64,000 nucleotides of DNA from an uncultured archaeon. Lineage in GTDB: Archaea; Aenigmatarchaeota; Aenigmatarchaeia; CG10238-14. Below are positions 46,233 to 54,891 of this stretch, one piece after another. The translations under genes were made by a program, and so were the position numbers. Under the pieces are notes generated by a model, which was not told the DNA's origin, made no database searches, and was given only the letters and a program-made list of their open reading frames with translations. Within the stretch, counting starts at the first letter, position 1. Each line of letters begins with the position of its first letter. The DNA is taken from NCBI GenBank assembly GCA_964392445.1, contig CAYMPD010000001.1, forward strand, positions 32,001 through 96,000. The letters are read 5' to 3'.

Positions 46233-46343
46233 CTACTTACTAAATATCATACTTCCTATTAATGGTATTAGAGCTGCTCCGAAGAGTAAGCCCATTACCA
46301 ATAATGTTCCACCAACTTGAGTGCTGGCAAATTGTAATGACAT
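46233..46343 (-). CDS. Putative 36-aa single-TM peptide
   Basis: MSLQFASTQVGGTLLVMGLLFGAALIPLIGSMIFSK; followed by a T-tract. Confidence 0.5.
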   Translation of the reverse strand: MSLQFASTQVGGTLLVMGLLFGAALIPLIGSMIFSK

Positions 46344-46527
46344 AACTAATTACTTTCATAGTATGATTTAAAAGCTTTGGAGGTATTTTATTACAGAAAT
46401 ACTTAAATTACCCTTCTAAAAACCACTTTTGTTGGTATTTAATATATGTTAAAATGAAGTGAAAATTAAATTGAAATTTGGGAAAAGTTAAATATTTATA
46501 TTACAAAATCCTATATAGTAAGATTAT

Positions 46528-46698
46528 ATGGAAGAAAATTTTATCAGAAGGGTGAGAAAAAGTGGTTCAAGCCACTGTATTAATATTCCAGTAGAGATAG
46601 TAAATTTACTCAACCTGGATGATGGAGAATTAGTAAAAGTTACAATTAAAAAAATACGAAAGGAGGTGAGTGATGATGCCGAAACACAAAGTGATTGA
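46528..46698 (+). CDS. AbrB/MazE-like swapped-hairpin DNA-binding protein (56 aa; not in ORF track)
   Basis: 'RRVRKSGSSHCINIPVEIVNLLNLDDGELVKVTIKK'. Confidence 0.75.
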   Translation: MEENFIRRVRKSGSSHCINIPVEIVNLLNLDDGELVKVTIKKIRKEVSDDAETQSD

Positions 46699-46915
46699 AT
46701 ACGGGACTGAAACGTGCCCCTGGTGTCATAGAGCAAGAGAATTCTTTGAGGAGAATGAGATTAAGTACAAGTACATAGATGTGGGGAAGGACAGAAAAGC
46801 AGCAAAAGAAATGATTGAGAAGACAGGTCAAAGAGGAGTACCAGTGATTGAAATAGATGGGGAATTTATTGTTGGGTTTGATGAGAAAAAGATTAGGGAG
46901 AAGTTAGGTCTGTAA
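46670..46915 (+). CDS. Glutaredoxin / NrdH-redoxin
   Basis: 'TCPWCHRAREFF', 'GQRGVPVI', 'GFDE'. Confidence 0.95.
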   Translation: MMMPKHKVIEYGTETCPWCHRAREFFEENEIKYKYIDVGKDRKAAKEMIEKTGQRGVPVIEIDGEFIVGFDEKKIREKLGL

Positions 46916-46929
46916 AAATATCCTTTATT

Positions 46930-47625
46930 TTAACCTAAAACCCGCCTAAGAATTTTAGAAAGACTATAGCAAAGAAAAGGTTCCACTAATAAATAACTTT
47001 TTCCAATTTTTCGAACAGCTTTTTTTGTACCCTTTCTTTCACTATTCCCAACGAAAATTACTGGAGTTCCTCTATTAGGTCCCCTTTGCCTTATTCTTTC
47101 TGCAACATAAAACCCAGAAGTCCAGTATAATCTTTGCATATGCATTTTTCTTGCTACATCTAAAGAGAGATTAGGAACGTCCCTTTCTACTAATTCTGCA
47201 ATTCTTCTTTGTATTGGCCGGGTATCTGCGTATCTTTCGTTCTCCCTAAAAAGTCTTTTTAATTCTCTCCTTGTTTCTGGAGAAAATTCGCTTGAATCCA
47301 GTTCGGAGTCTGGCCCAAGAGTTAAAGACATCATTAAAAGATCGAATGGGGGTTCCGCCTTTGGGAAATGTGTTTTTCCGAAAGCATAAGCTTCGAAAGG
47401 GTATACAGTTTCTGATATATCTCCTCCAGATTCTAATTCTGGTTTCCAACAAATTCCCAGAATGATGAGGTCCCAGGGTTCTTTCCATAGTCTTTGAACT
47501 GTGTCTGGGTACATTGAATAATCCAAGCTAGAATATCTTGATATTGTATTTTTATATTCATCCAACCTTTCTTCATCTCTCAATAAACCTACTTCATAGT
47601 CTGCCCAAAAGGTTCTAGGGGACAT
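46930..47625 (-). CDS. Hypothetical protein
   Basis: 231-aa Arg/Glu-rich ORF; no family recognised. Confidence 0.7.
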   Translation of the reverse strand: MSPRTFWADYEVGLLRDEERLDEYKNTISRYSSLDYSMYPDTVQRLWKEPWDLIILGICWKPELESGGDISETVYPFEAYAFGKTHFPKAEPPFDLLMMSLTLGPDSELDSSEFSPETRRELKRLFRENERYADTRPIQRRIAELVERDVPNLSLDVARKMHMQRLYWTSGFYVAERIRQRGPNRGTPVIFVGNSERKGTKKAVRKIGKSYLLVEPFLCYSLSKILRRVLG

Positions 47626-47734
47626 ACTATGAAAAACTGGAAAATTAAATATTTAAACCCAATCTTTATAAGATAAACACCCAACCCACAAAAAATAAGT
47701 CTATCCTTACCAATAATTATATCTTAGGTGAACA

Positions 47735-48709
47735 TTGATGTATGACGTAATAATAATTGGGGGAGGACCTGCGGGTCTAACGGCTGGTATTTATGCTATA
47801 AGAAGAACATTGAAAACTTTAATTATAAGTGAAGAATTTGGTGGTGTGGTTGCCACTGTCCCCTCGATTGAAAATTATCCTGGGTTCAAGGAGATTAGTG
47901 GAAGGGATCTGATGAAAAGAATGGTGGAGCAAACCAAAAATTTAGGAGTGGAAACTGTTAGCAGTGAGTCCGCAAGAGAGATAATTGAAAAGAAAGATAA
48001 ATTTATAATAAAAACAGAAGTGAGTGAGTATGAAGCCAAAGCTGTTATACTTGCATTTGGGAGATCGCCTAGACACTTAGATGTTCCGGGGGAAGATGAA
48101 TTTGAAAATAAAGGTGTCTCTTACTGTGTTAACTGTGATGGCCCGCTTTTCAAGGACGAAGTTGTTTGTACTGTTGGAGGTGGAAATGCTGCTTTGGACG
48201 CTGCTTTAATGATGAGTGAGATTGCAAAGAAAGTTTATGTAATCCACAGGAGAGATGAGTTCCGTGGGTTTGAAGCGTTTGTAAATAAGATAAAAAATAA
48301 AGACAATGTGGAATTTGTTCTGGATTCGGTTGTTAAGGAATTCAAAGGGGATAAGATGTTGAAATCAGTAATAGTTGAGAATGTTAAAACCAAAGAGACA
48401 AGAGAGTTAGAAGTAGCAGGATCTTTCATCGAGATAGGTTCTGTGGTAGAGAGTGATTTTGTTAAGCATCTGGTTAAAGTTAATGATAGTAGACTCATAG
48501 TAGTTAATAAGAATTGTCAGACTTTTTACCCAGATTCAGATAAAGTGAGGCCTGGAATATTTGCTGCAGGAGATGTTACAGATAATCCCTTCAAACAAAT
48601 CGTGGTTGCTACTGGACAAGGAGCTATTGCCGCATTAGAAGCTTACAATTATGTTCAAGGTAGAGAAGGAGAACTTTATGCTGATTGGGGACATAAAAAG
48701 GAAAAATAA
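47735..48709 (+). CDS. trxB: Thioredoxin reductase
   Basis: 'IIGGGPAG', 'IENYPG', 'GVSYCVNCDG', 'GGGNAA', 'FAAGDV'. Confidence 0.96.
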   Translation: MMYDVIIIGGGPAGLTAGIYAIRRTLKTLIISEEFGGVVATVPSIENYPGFKEISGRDLMKRMVEQTKNLGVETVSSESAREIIEKKDKFIIKTEVSEYEAKAVILAFGRSPRHLDVPGEDEFENKGVSYCVNCDGPLFKDEVVCTVGGGNAALDAALMMSEIAKKVYVIHRRDEFRGFEAFVNKIKNKDNVEFVLDSVVKEFKGDKMLKSVIVENVKTKETRELEVAGSFIEIGSVVESDFVKHLVKVNDSRLIVVNKNCQTFYPDSDKVRPGIFAAGDVTDNPFKQIVVATGQGAIAALEAYNYVQGREGELYADWGHKKEK

Positions 48710-48725
48710 AGGAGGTTGTTGGATT

Positions 48726-49826
48726 ATGATGAAATTAGAAGTTAAACAAGATGAATGGGGGCCTGAAAAGATTCTGTCAGTTTACGATCCTAAAACTGGG
48801 ATGAAAGGATTTACGGTCATAGATAACACTGTCAGAGGGCCTGGTAAAGGAGGAATAAGAATGGTTTCTGATGTTACTGTGGGTGAAGTGTTTAAATTAG
48901 CAAGAGCAATGACTTGGAAAAATGCTTTAGCGGACTTACCATTTGGCGGTGCAAAGTCGGGGATAATTTGGGACGGAAAACAAGACAAAAAAGTTTTAAT
49001 GAGAGCTTTCGCCCGTGCAATCAAACCAGTAGTTCCAAGTGAATATGTTGCTGGACCTGATATGAATACTACTGAAAAGGAGATGGCCGCATTTGCAGAT
49101 GAGATAGGAAATATGAAAGCTTCAACGGGAAAACCGTCAGAAATGGGTGGTTTACCACATGAATTGGGTTCAACGGGGTTTGGAGTTGCTGAATCAACTG
49201 AGGTAACTGTTGAACATCTTGGTTGGGATATGGATGATTTAACTGTGGCAATAGAAGGGTTTGGGAATGTAGGGACTTTTACAGCGAAATTTTTATCAGA
49301 GAAAGGAGCAAAAATAGTTGCTGTTTCTGATTCCAAGGGGACAATATATAATAAAGATGGGATGGATGCTGAAAAACTAATCAAAGTAAAAACTGAGACT
49401 AAGGCTGTAAAGAATTATGGTGATGGTAAAGTATTGCCCCCAGAAAAATTGTTTGAACTTCCTGTGGATATTCTAATCCCAGGCGCAAGACCAAATGTTA
49501 TAACAGATAAAAACAAAGAAAAAGTCCAAGCAAAAATAATCGTAGAAGCAGCAAACATACCAATTCCCGAGTCGGTCGAAGAATGGTTTCACCAAAAAGG
49601 TGTTCTAGTAGTTCCAGATTTTGTGGTCAATGCTGGTGGAGTGATATCAAGTTATGTGGAGTTTATTGGTGGTAATGAAGAGAAGATGTTTAAAACAATC
49701 AGAGAAAAAGTGAGACGTAATAGTGAATTGGTTCTGAAGAGATCTAGAAAAGAGGGAGAAGTTCCAAGAGAATCTGCGTTAGCTATTGCTCAGGAAAGAG
49801 TCAGACAAGCGATGGAAAATAGATAG
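48726..49826 (+). CDS. gdhA: Glu/Leu/Phe/Val dehydrogenase (likely glutamate dehydrogenase)
   Basis: 'GPGKGGIR', 'MTWK', 'GGAKSG', 'AGPDMNT', 'EGFGNVG', 'EAAN', 'PDFVVNAGGV'; ATG 48726 preferred. Confidence 0.93.
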   Translation: MMKLEVKQDEWGPEKILSVYDPKTGMKGFTVIDNTVRGPGKGGIRMVSDVTVGEVFKLARAMTWKNALADLPFGGAKSGIIWDGKQDKKVLMRAFARAIKPVVPSEYVAGPDMNTTEKEMAAFADEIGNMKASTGKPSEMGGLPHELGSTGFGVAESTEVTVEHLGWDMDDLTVAIEGFGNVGTFTAKFLSEKGAKIVAVSDSKGTIYNKDGMDAEKLIKVKTETKAVKNYGDGKVLPPEKLFELPVDILIPGARPNVITDKNKEKVQAKIIVEAANIPIPESVEEWFHQKGVLVVPDFVVNAGGVISSYVEFIGGNEEKMFKTIREKVRRNSELVLKRSRKEGEVPRESALAIAQERVRQAMENR

Positions 49827-49880
49827 TCCTCAAATTACCAAGAATAAAAATCCAAAAAACAAATACTAGTAAGAATTCAA

Positions 49881-50561
49881 ATGAAACTAGTATTATTTTC
49901 AAAAACAGAAATTGAAGAAGAACTTAAGCAAGAAATTAAAGATTATGGTTTTGAATATTCTGAAAAAAACCCAAATTTTGTAATAAGTATGGGTGGTGAT
50001 GGGACTTATTTAAGATCTGAAAGACAGTGGCCTGGTATTCCTAAGTTAATTGTAAAACAAAATAGTATCTGCAGGAAGTGTGAGACCGATACGTTAGAGA
50101 AAGCACTTGAGAAATTAAAGAAAGGTAAGTTTGAGATAAAAGAAAACATCAAACTAGAAGCTAGGATAAGAAGAAAAAAAGTAACCTGTGTGAACGAATT
50201 CTCGATCAGAAACATGTACGCGACAACCGCTATAAGGTTCTATTTGTGGATAAATGAAGAAAGAACAGACGAAATAATTGGAGATGGGGTAATAATTGCA
50301 ACGCCATTCGGTTCAACAGGTTATTACAAATCAGTGGGTGGAAAAGAGTTTAAAGAAGGGATAGGAATAAGTTTTAACAACCCAACAGAAAAAATGAAGC
50401 ATTTAGTAGTTCCAGAGGACTCAGAAATAAAAGTAAAGGTAATAAGGGAAGATGCCGTTTTTAATTCGGATAATGACCCAAGAGTTATTCTTCTTAAAAA
50501 AGATGAGGTTGTTAAAATTAAAAAAAGTAAAAAGGTTGCAAAGCTCGTTGATATAAGATAG
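49881..50561 (+). CDS. nadK: NAD kinase
   Basis: 'GGDGTYL', 'VNE', 'GDGVIIATPFGSTGY'. Confidence 0.93.
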   Translation: MKLVLFSKTEIEEELKQEIKDYGFEYSEKNPNFVISMGGDGTYLRSERQWPGIPKLIVKQNSICRKCETDTLEKALEKLKKGKFEIKENIKLEARIRRKKVTCVNEFSIRNMYATTAIRFYLWINEERTDEIIGDGVIIATPFGSTGYYKSVGGKEFKEGIGISFNNPTEKMKHLVVPEDSEIKVKVIREDAVFNSDNDPRVILLKKDEVVKIKKSKKVAKLVDIR

Positions 50562-50600
50562 AAAAGCAATCGATAAATAATTAAAGAATAATTCTTTGGT

Positions 50601-50825
50601 ATGAACTTGCGTTTGATTGGGTTTGGGGGTTTATTAGGCGTAGTTGTATTTTTATTTAGTCAGCTTTTATTGATTTCCTGGACTGGAGAGGCGATTTTCA
50701 CTGAACCACACAGTGGTATATTAATGGGAGAATTGATTCTATTGGTACTTTTAATGGTATTTACCTCATTTCTGCTAGTAGAAGAGCTTAAAAACGGGGG
50801 AAGGAGTTTAAAAAGGTTGAAATAA
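50601..50825 (+). CDS. Small two-TM membrane protein
   Basis: Two hydrophobic helices. Confidence 0.6.
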   Translation: MNLRLIGFGGLLGVVVFLFSQLLLISWTGEAIFTEPHSGILMGELILLVLLMVFTSFLLVEELKNGGRSLKRLK

Positions 50826-50869
50826 AAGACTTAAATATGTTTTTAGTGATAATAGTAGTAAATCTGTGA

Positions 50870-51931
50870 TTGAAAATGGCCAAGAAAAAATCTAAAGAAG
50901 ATAAAAAGGTCTTTACAATTAAAATTCCTTCTTTTAGCTTAAAGCACGTTATCATTGTACTTGGTATTTTACTTGCTGTTAGCGCATTTTTCAATTTTAG
51001 AGGAGGTTGTTTTGGTACAGGTGCTTTAGTTAAGCCATCTCCTCTTGAAGGTAAACTAACAGAAAAGGAGGTAAGTGATAAGGCTGTTGATTATATAAAC
51101 AATAATCTAGTGGCAACAGGTGAAGTTACATTGGTTTCTATGGAGGAAACTAATGGCATGTATAAACTAACTACTTCTTATCAAGGTCAAGAAATTCCTA
51201 TTTATGCTACTTTGGATGGTAATTACATGTTCTTGCCTCAAGGTACAATTAACCTGGAAGAAACACCTGAAACCACGGAACCTGAAGAGCAGGAACCACC
51301 TGAGGTACCAAAACAAGATGAAGTTGTAGCTAATGCGTTTATTATGAGTTATTGTCCTTATGGTTTACAATTTTTGAAAGCTTATGTTCCAGTTATGGAA
51401 TTACTTGGTGATAAAGCCGATATACAAGTGAATTTTGTTGATTATGCCATGCACGATAAACAGGAACTCGATGAAAATAGCAGGATGTATTGTATACAAA
51501 AAGAACAGGAAGATAAATTTACTGAATATCTTAGATGTTTTATCGTTGAAGGCGATTATGAAGGGTGTATTGAAGAAGTTGGAATAGAAGAAGCCACTTT
51601 GAATGAATGTATAATTTCACTTGACGAGGAATATAAAATCACAGAACTTTATGAAGATAGAAGTACCTGGTCAAACGGCCAATTCCCAATGTACCCAGTA
51701 GAAACAGAACTTAATGAACTATACGGTGTCAGAGGATCACCAACATTTGTTGTTAATGGTCAAGCTGTAAGTGTTAACAGATCACCAGAAGCGATAAAAG
51801 ATGCTATTTGTGCAGGATTTAATACACCACCAGAAGAATGTGAACAGGAATTGAGTACAACTGCAGAACAACCAAGCTTTGGTGCCATTGGTTCAGGAAG
51901 TGGAGGCAGTGATTCCACAGCCCAATGCTAA
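50870..51931 (+). CDS. Membrane-anchored thioredoxin-fold (DsbA/DsbG-like) protein
   Basis: N-terminal TM; 'MSYCPYG', 'MH...E', 'GVRGSPTFVVNG'. Confidence 0.75.
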   Translation: MKMAKKKSKEDKKVFTIKIPSFSLKHVIIVLGILLAVSAFFNFRGGCFGTGALVKPSPLEGKLTEKEVSDKAVDYINNNLVATGEVTLVSMEETNGMYKLTTSYQGQEIPIYATLDGNYMFLPQGTINLEETPETTEPEEQEPPEVPKQDEVVANAFIMSYCPYGLQFLKAYVPVMELLGDKADIQVNFVDYAMHDKQELDENSRMYCIQKEQEDKFTEYLRCFIVEGDYEGCIEEVGIEEATLNECIISLDEEYKITELYEDRSTWSNGQFPMYPVETELNELYGVRGSPTFVVNGQAVSVNRSPEAIKDAICAGFNTPPEECEQELSTTAEQPSFGAIGSGSGGSDSTAQC

Positions 51932-51965
51932 AACTAATTAATTTCTGATTGTAATTATTCTAATT

Positions 51966-52241
51966 ATGAAGTCAAGGCTACATTGTTTTATCTCAGGTAG
52001 GGTTCAAGGAGTACGTTTTAGATCTTATACAAAAAAGAGTGCTGAGAGATTGGGGCTGAAAGGTTGGGTTAAGAATTTGTCCGACGGAAGAGTGGAAAGT
52101 GTAGCTGAAGGAGAAAAGAAGAAGTTAGAGAAATTTATTAAACTTCTGGAGAGGGGTTCTATGTTATCTAGGGTAGATGAAGTAAAAGTTGATTGGGGGG
52201 ATTATACCGGTTCTTTCTCAAAATTTAGGATAGTTTACTAA
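51966..52241 (+). CDS. acyP: Acylphosphatase
   Basis: 'GRVQGVRFR', 'GWVKNLSDGRVE'. Confidence 0.96.
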   Translation: MKSRLHCFISGRVQGVRFRSYTKKSAERLGLKGWVKNLSDGRVESVAEGEKKKLEKFIKLLERGSMLSRVDEVKVDWGDYTGSFSKFRIVY

Positions 52242-52259
52242 TTTTATAACTACTTAACA

Positions 52260-52982
52260 GTGGTATTTAAATTTCTAACTGGTTATTTTACCCATATGGG
52301 AAAACTTTTGTTGCTCTTAAAAGCTACTTTAATTGTTTTAATCCCTCTTTTAGTCGCGATTCTGTATGGAATTTTTATAGGAAATGTAAATGTTAACAGC
52401 CAAGAAACTTATGAGGTTGAAGAGAATTTATGTGAGATACCAGAAGATGCTCCTGAAGATCAGGTAATAATAGATTTTTTAGAGAAGAGTTATGAAAGTG
52501 TTATTAATCAAAAAGATGGGAATATTCCTATGGTAGTTTTTGAGCAAAGACTAGAGTATGCTACTGATTATAGACCTGAAATTAGTGATTACCTAGAAAC
52601 TAGGGGTTATCGATATCAGTTGCCAACAGAAGCGCAAAAAACCCTGGAAGGATTAGTCGAAGAAGATAGTTATTCTAAGACCGTTAATAACATTCACAAT
52701 TGGATAATTGAAAATATAGACTATAACTACAACAGAAACTGGTATACAGCAGAATCAACTTGGGAGGAGAAGGCAGCTAACTGTAACGGGATTAGTTTTT
52801 TGAGTTGTGGGATGATGAGGGAAGTGGGGATACCTTGTATAGTTGTTGCTAACCATGACCACGCTTGGACTGAATATTTGTATGTGGATGATCAAGGAAG
52901 ATTGGTTTGGAACGTGTGGGACCAAGGGTTAGAAGGTTATCCTGTTCTTGGTAATAATGTTTATGAGTATGATTTGGATTAG
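52260..52982 (+). CDS. Membrane-anchored transglutaminase-like protein
   Basis: 'WIIENIDY', 'ANCNGIS', 'HAWTE', 'WDQ' (Cys-His-Asp triad). Confidence 0.8.
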   Translation: MVFKFLTGYFTHMGKLLLLLKATLIVLIPLLVAILYGIFIGNVNVNSQETYEVEENLCEIPEDAPEDQVIIDFLEKSYESVINQKDGNIPMVVFEQRLEYATDYRPEISDYLETRGYRYQLPTEAQKTLEGLVEEDSYSKTVNNIHNWIIENIDYNYNRNWYTAESTWEEKAANCNGISFLSCGMMREVGIPCIVVANHDHAWTEYLYVDDQGRLVWNVWDQGLEGYPVLGNNVYEYDLD

Positions 52983-52984
52983 AA

Positions 52985-53875
52985 TTATTTAGTCGTCACA
53001 ATAGGTTTATCCTGAACAATAACGGTTTCTTCGTGTTGTGCAACCTTGGCTTCGGATTTTTCACGTAGAGGTGGGTATCCTCTTATTACTCCACGATTTT
53101 CAAGTTCTCTTAAAGCTAGGTGAAGTCTTAATGGGGTTGTGACATCTTTTAACCATCTCTTTGCAAAAGGTAGAGTCTTGTATTCTTCTCCTATTTTTTC
53201 GATTATTTTTCTTGATTCTCTTAATCTAACTGGAGCTAGTTGGTTGAACATGTAAATTAGGGTGGGAGATGATTCTTTTACCATTCCTTCTCCTCGGGTG
53301 GTAAACACTTCCATTCCTAGAACACTATCTTCGGGGATTAGTTGATCACTTGGGATTTTGCCATTGGGGATTGATAGTTCACCATGCTGCAGATATTGTC
53401 CGACACTGTGTCCTGCAAGATTACGGATTGGTTTAACTCCATGAGAAAGAACTACTTCCTCTATCAACTCAGAAATCTCACCAACTGTCTTACCCGGTCT
53501 TATTTCTTTTGTGACCTGATCTACTGCGTCCTTTGAAGCTTCAATTAAATCATTGTCCTGTCCACCAATACTAACTGTTGTAGCAGCATCAGCAATATAA
53601 CCATCAACATGAACACCTATGTCAACCTTCACCAAATCTCCATCCTTGAGAGTGAGGGTATCATCAATATCAGGAGTATAGTGGGCGGCTATGTCATTGA
53701 TTGAAAGATTAATTGGAAATGCTATTCCTGCTCCTTTGTCCTTAATCATTTTTTCTATTTTTTCTCCTAATTCCAGAACACTTACTCCCTCCTTGACTTG
53801 TTTCAGTGTTAATTTCCTGACTTCTTTATGTATTTCTCCAGCCTTTCTATAATTTTTAAGAACTTCTTTTTCCAC
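52985..53875 (-). CDS. map: Methionine aminopeptidase type II
   Basis: 'AAHYTP', 'KVDIGVHVDGYIADAA', 'NLAGH', 'AQHEET'. Confidence 0.96.
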   Translation of the reverse strand: MEKEVLKNYRKAGEIHKEVRKLTLKQVKEGVSVLELGEKIEKMIKDKGAGIAFPINLSINDIAAHYTPDIDDTLTLKDGDLVKVDIGVHVDGYIADAATTVSIGGQDNDLIEASKDAVDQVTKEIRPGKTVGEISELIEEVVLSHGVKPIRNLAGHSVGQYLQHGELSIPNGKIPSDQLIPEDSVLGMEVFTTRGEGMVKESSPTLIYMFNQLAPVRLRESRKIIEKIGEEYKTLPFAKRWLKDVTTPLRLHLALRELENRGVIRGYPPLREKSEAKVAQHEETVIVQDKPIVTTK

Positions 53876-53950
53876 TATATCAACTCCATGACTATTTAGT
53901 TACTAATATTGAAATAATAATAATAATAATAATAAACGATGTATAATTAA

Positions 53951-54880
53951 TTGTTAGGTGTGGTAATGGGAAAAGGTCAGATGTCGATTCAAATGATTGT
54001 TGCCCTTGTTATACTTCTTGTTGTAGCTGTTGTCACGATTAGAGTGTTTCTTAAAAAAATGGGGGAAGCAGAACAGCCCCAACAAAATATGAAGGAGATT
54101 ATTCGGGATATAGGCTTTGAAGGTCAGTGTGAGAGACTTTGTAACGAGTATAAACTCGACGAATCAACAGCTGCTCTGGCCAAATACTGTTATACTAAGT
54201 TGGAAGGGGATACTGATCTAAACAATAATGGATTAGTGGACAGTTTTAATGCTAATACCAAGGTTCTTCCGATTTGTGAGGACGGAGTTTATTGTTTTCA
54301 TGTGGTTGAATGCAAGACCAATACTGGCGTTGTTGACTGGGAGGATTGTAGGAAGACTGTTTGTGATGAGTACTCGAAGATTGATGGCGTTGATGTTGAT
54401 GGTAAGGTGAAAGAATTGTTTCCAAGTGAAGGGAGTTGTGATTTACCTAGAGGTGAGAATTGGTGGGATATGTACTTTGGACCGATACCATGTAGTTTTC
54501 CTCCTGGGATTCTTGGGTTGAAGGATTGTTCTTATGATAGTGATACTGATGAGTTAATTTGTACGACTAATTGTGGTTCTGATCCAGATCCAGAGATTGT
54601 GGTTGTTTTGACGGATACCGATGCTGATCCTGTTTGGAGTGCTGTTATGAATGTGACTCACCAATTTTTAATGGGTCCCGATGGGGAAGAAGATTTTTCG
54701 GGCGGAGAGATAATAACATTTGATGAAGATGAGAATGAAATAAAAGTGGAGAATCTTGTTAGTAATTGTAGTAAAGATGTTAATTTTGATTTTACTGATC
54801 GGGATGATTGGTTTGTTTTTCTTGTTTCTACTGGTTTTCCACCGGAGTATGATATTGCTTATGTACAGGGAGTTGAGTGA
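53951..54880 (+). CDS. Cys-rich surface protein with class III signal peptide
   Basis: MGKG/QMSIQMIVALVILLVVAVV (ATG 53966 likely start); many Cys. Confidence 0.8.
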   Translation: MLGVVMGKGQMSIQMIVALVILLVVAVVTIRVFLKKMGEAEQPQQNMKEIIRDIGFEGQCERLCNEYKLDESTAALAKYCYTKLEGDTDLNNNGLVDSFNANTKVLPICEDGVYCFHVVECKTNTGVVDWEDCRKTVCDEYSKIDGVDVDGKVKELFPSEGSCDLPRGENWWDMYFGPIPCSFPPGILGLKDCSYDSDTDELICTTNCGSDPDPEIVVVLTDTDADPVWSAVMNVTHQFLMGPDGEEDFSGGEIITFDEDENEIKVENLVSNCSKDVNFDFTDRDDWFVFLVSTGFPPEYDIAYVQGVE

Positions 54881-54891
54881 AGTGAGGTTTA

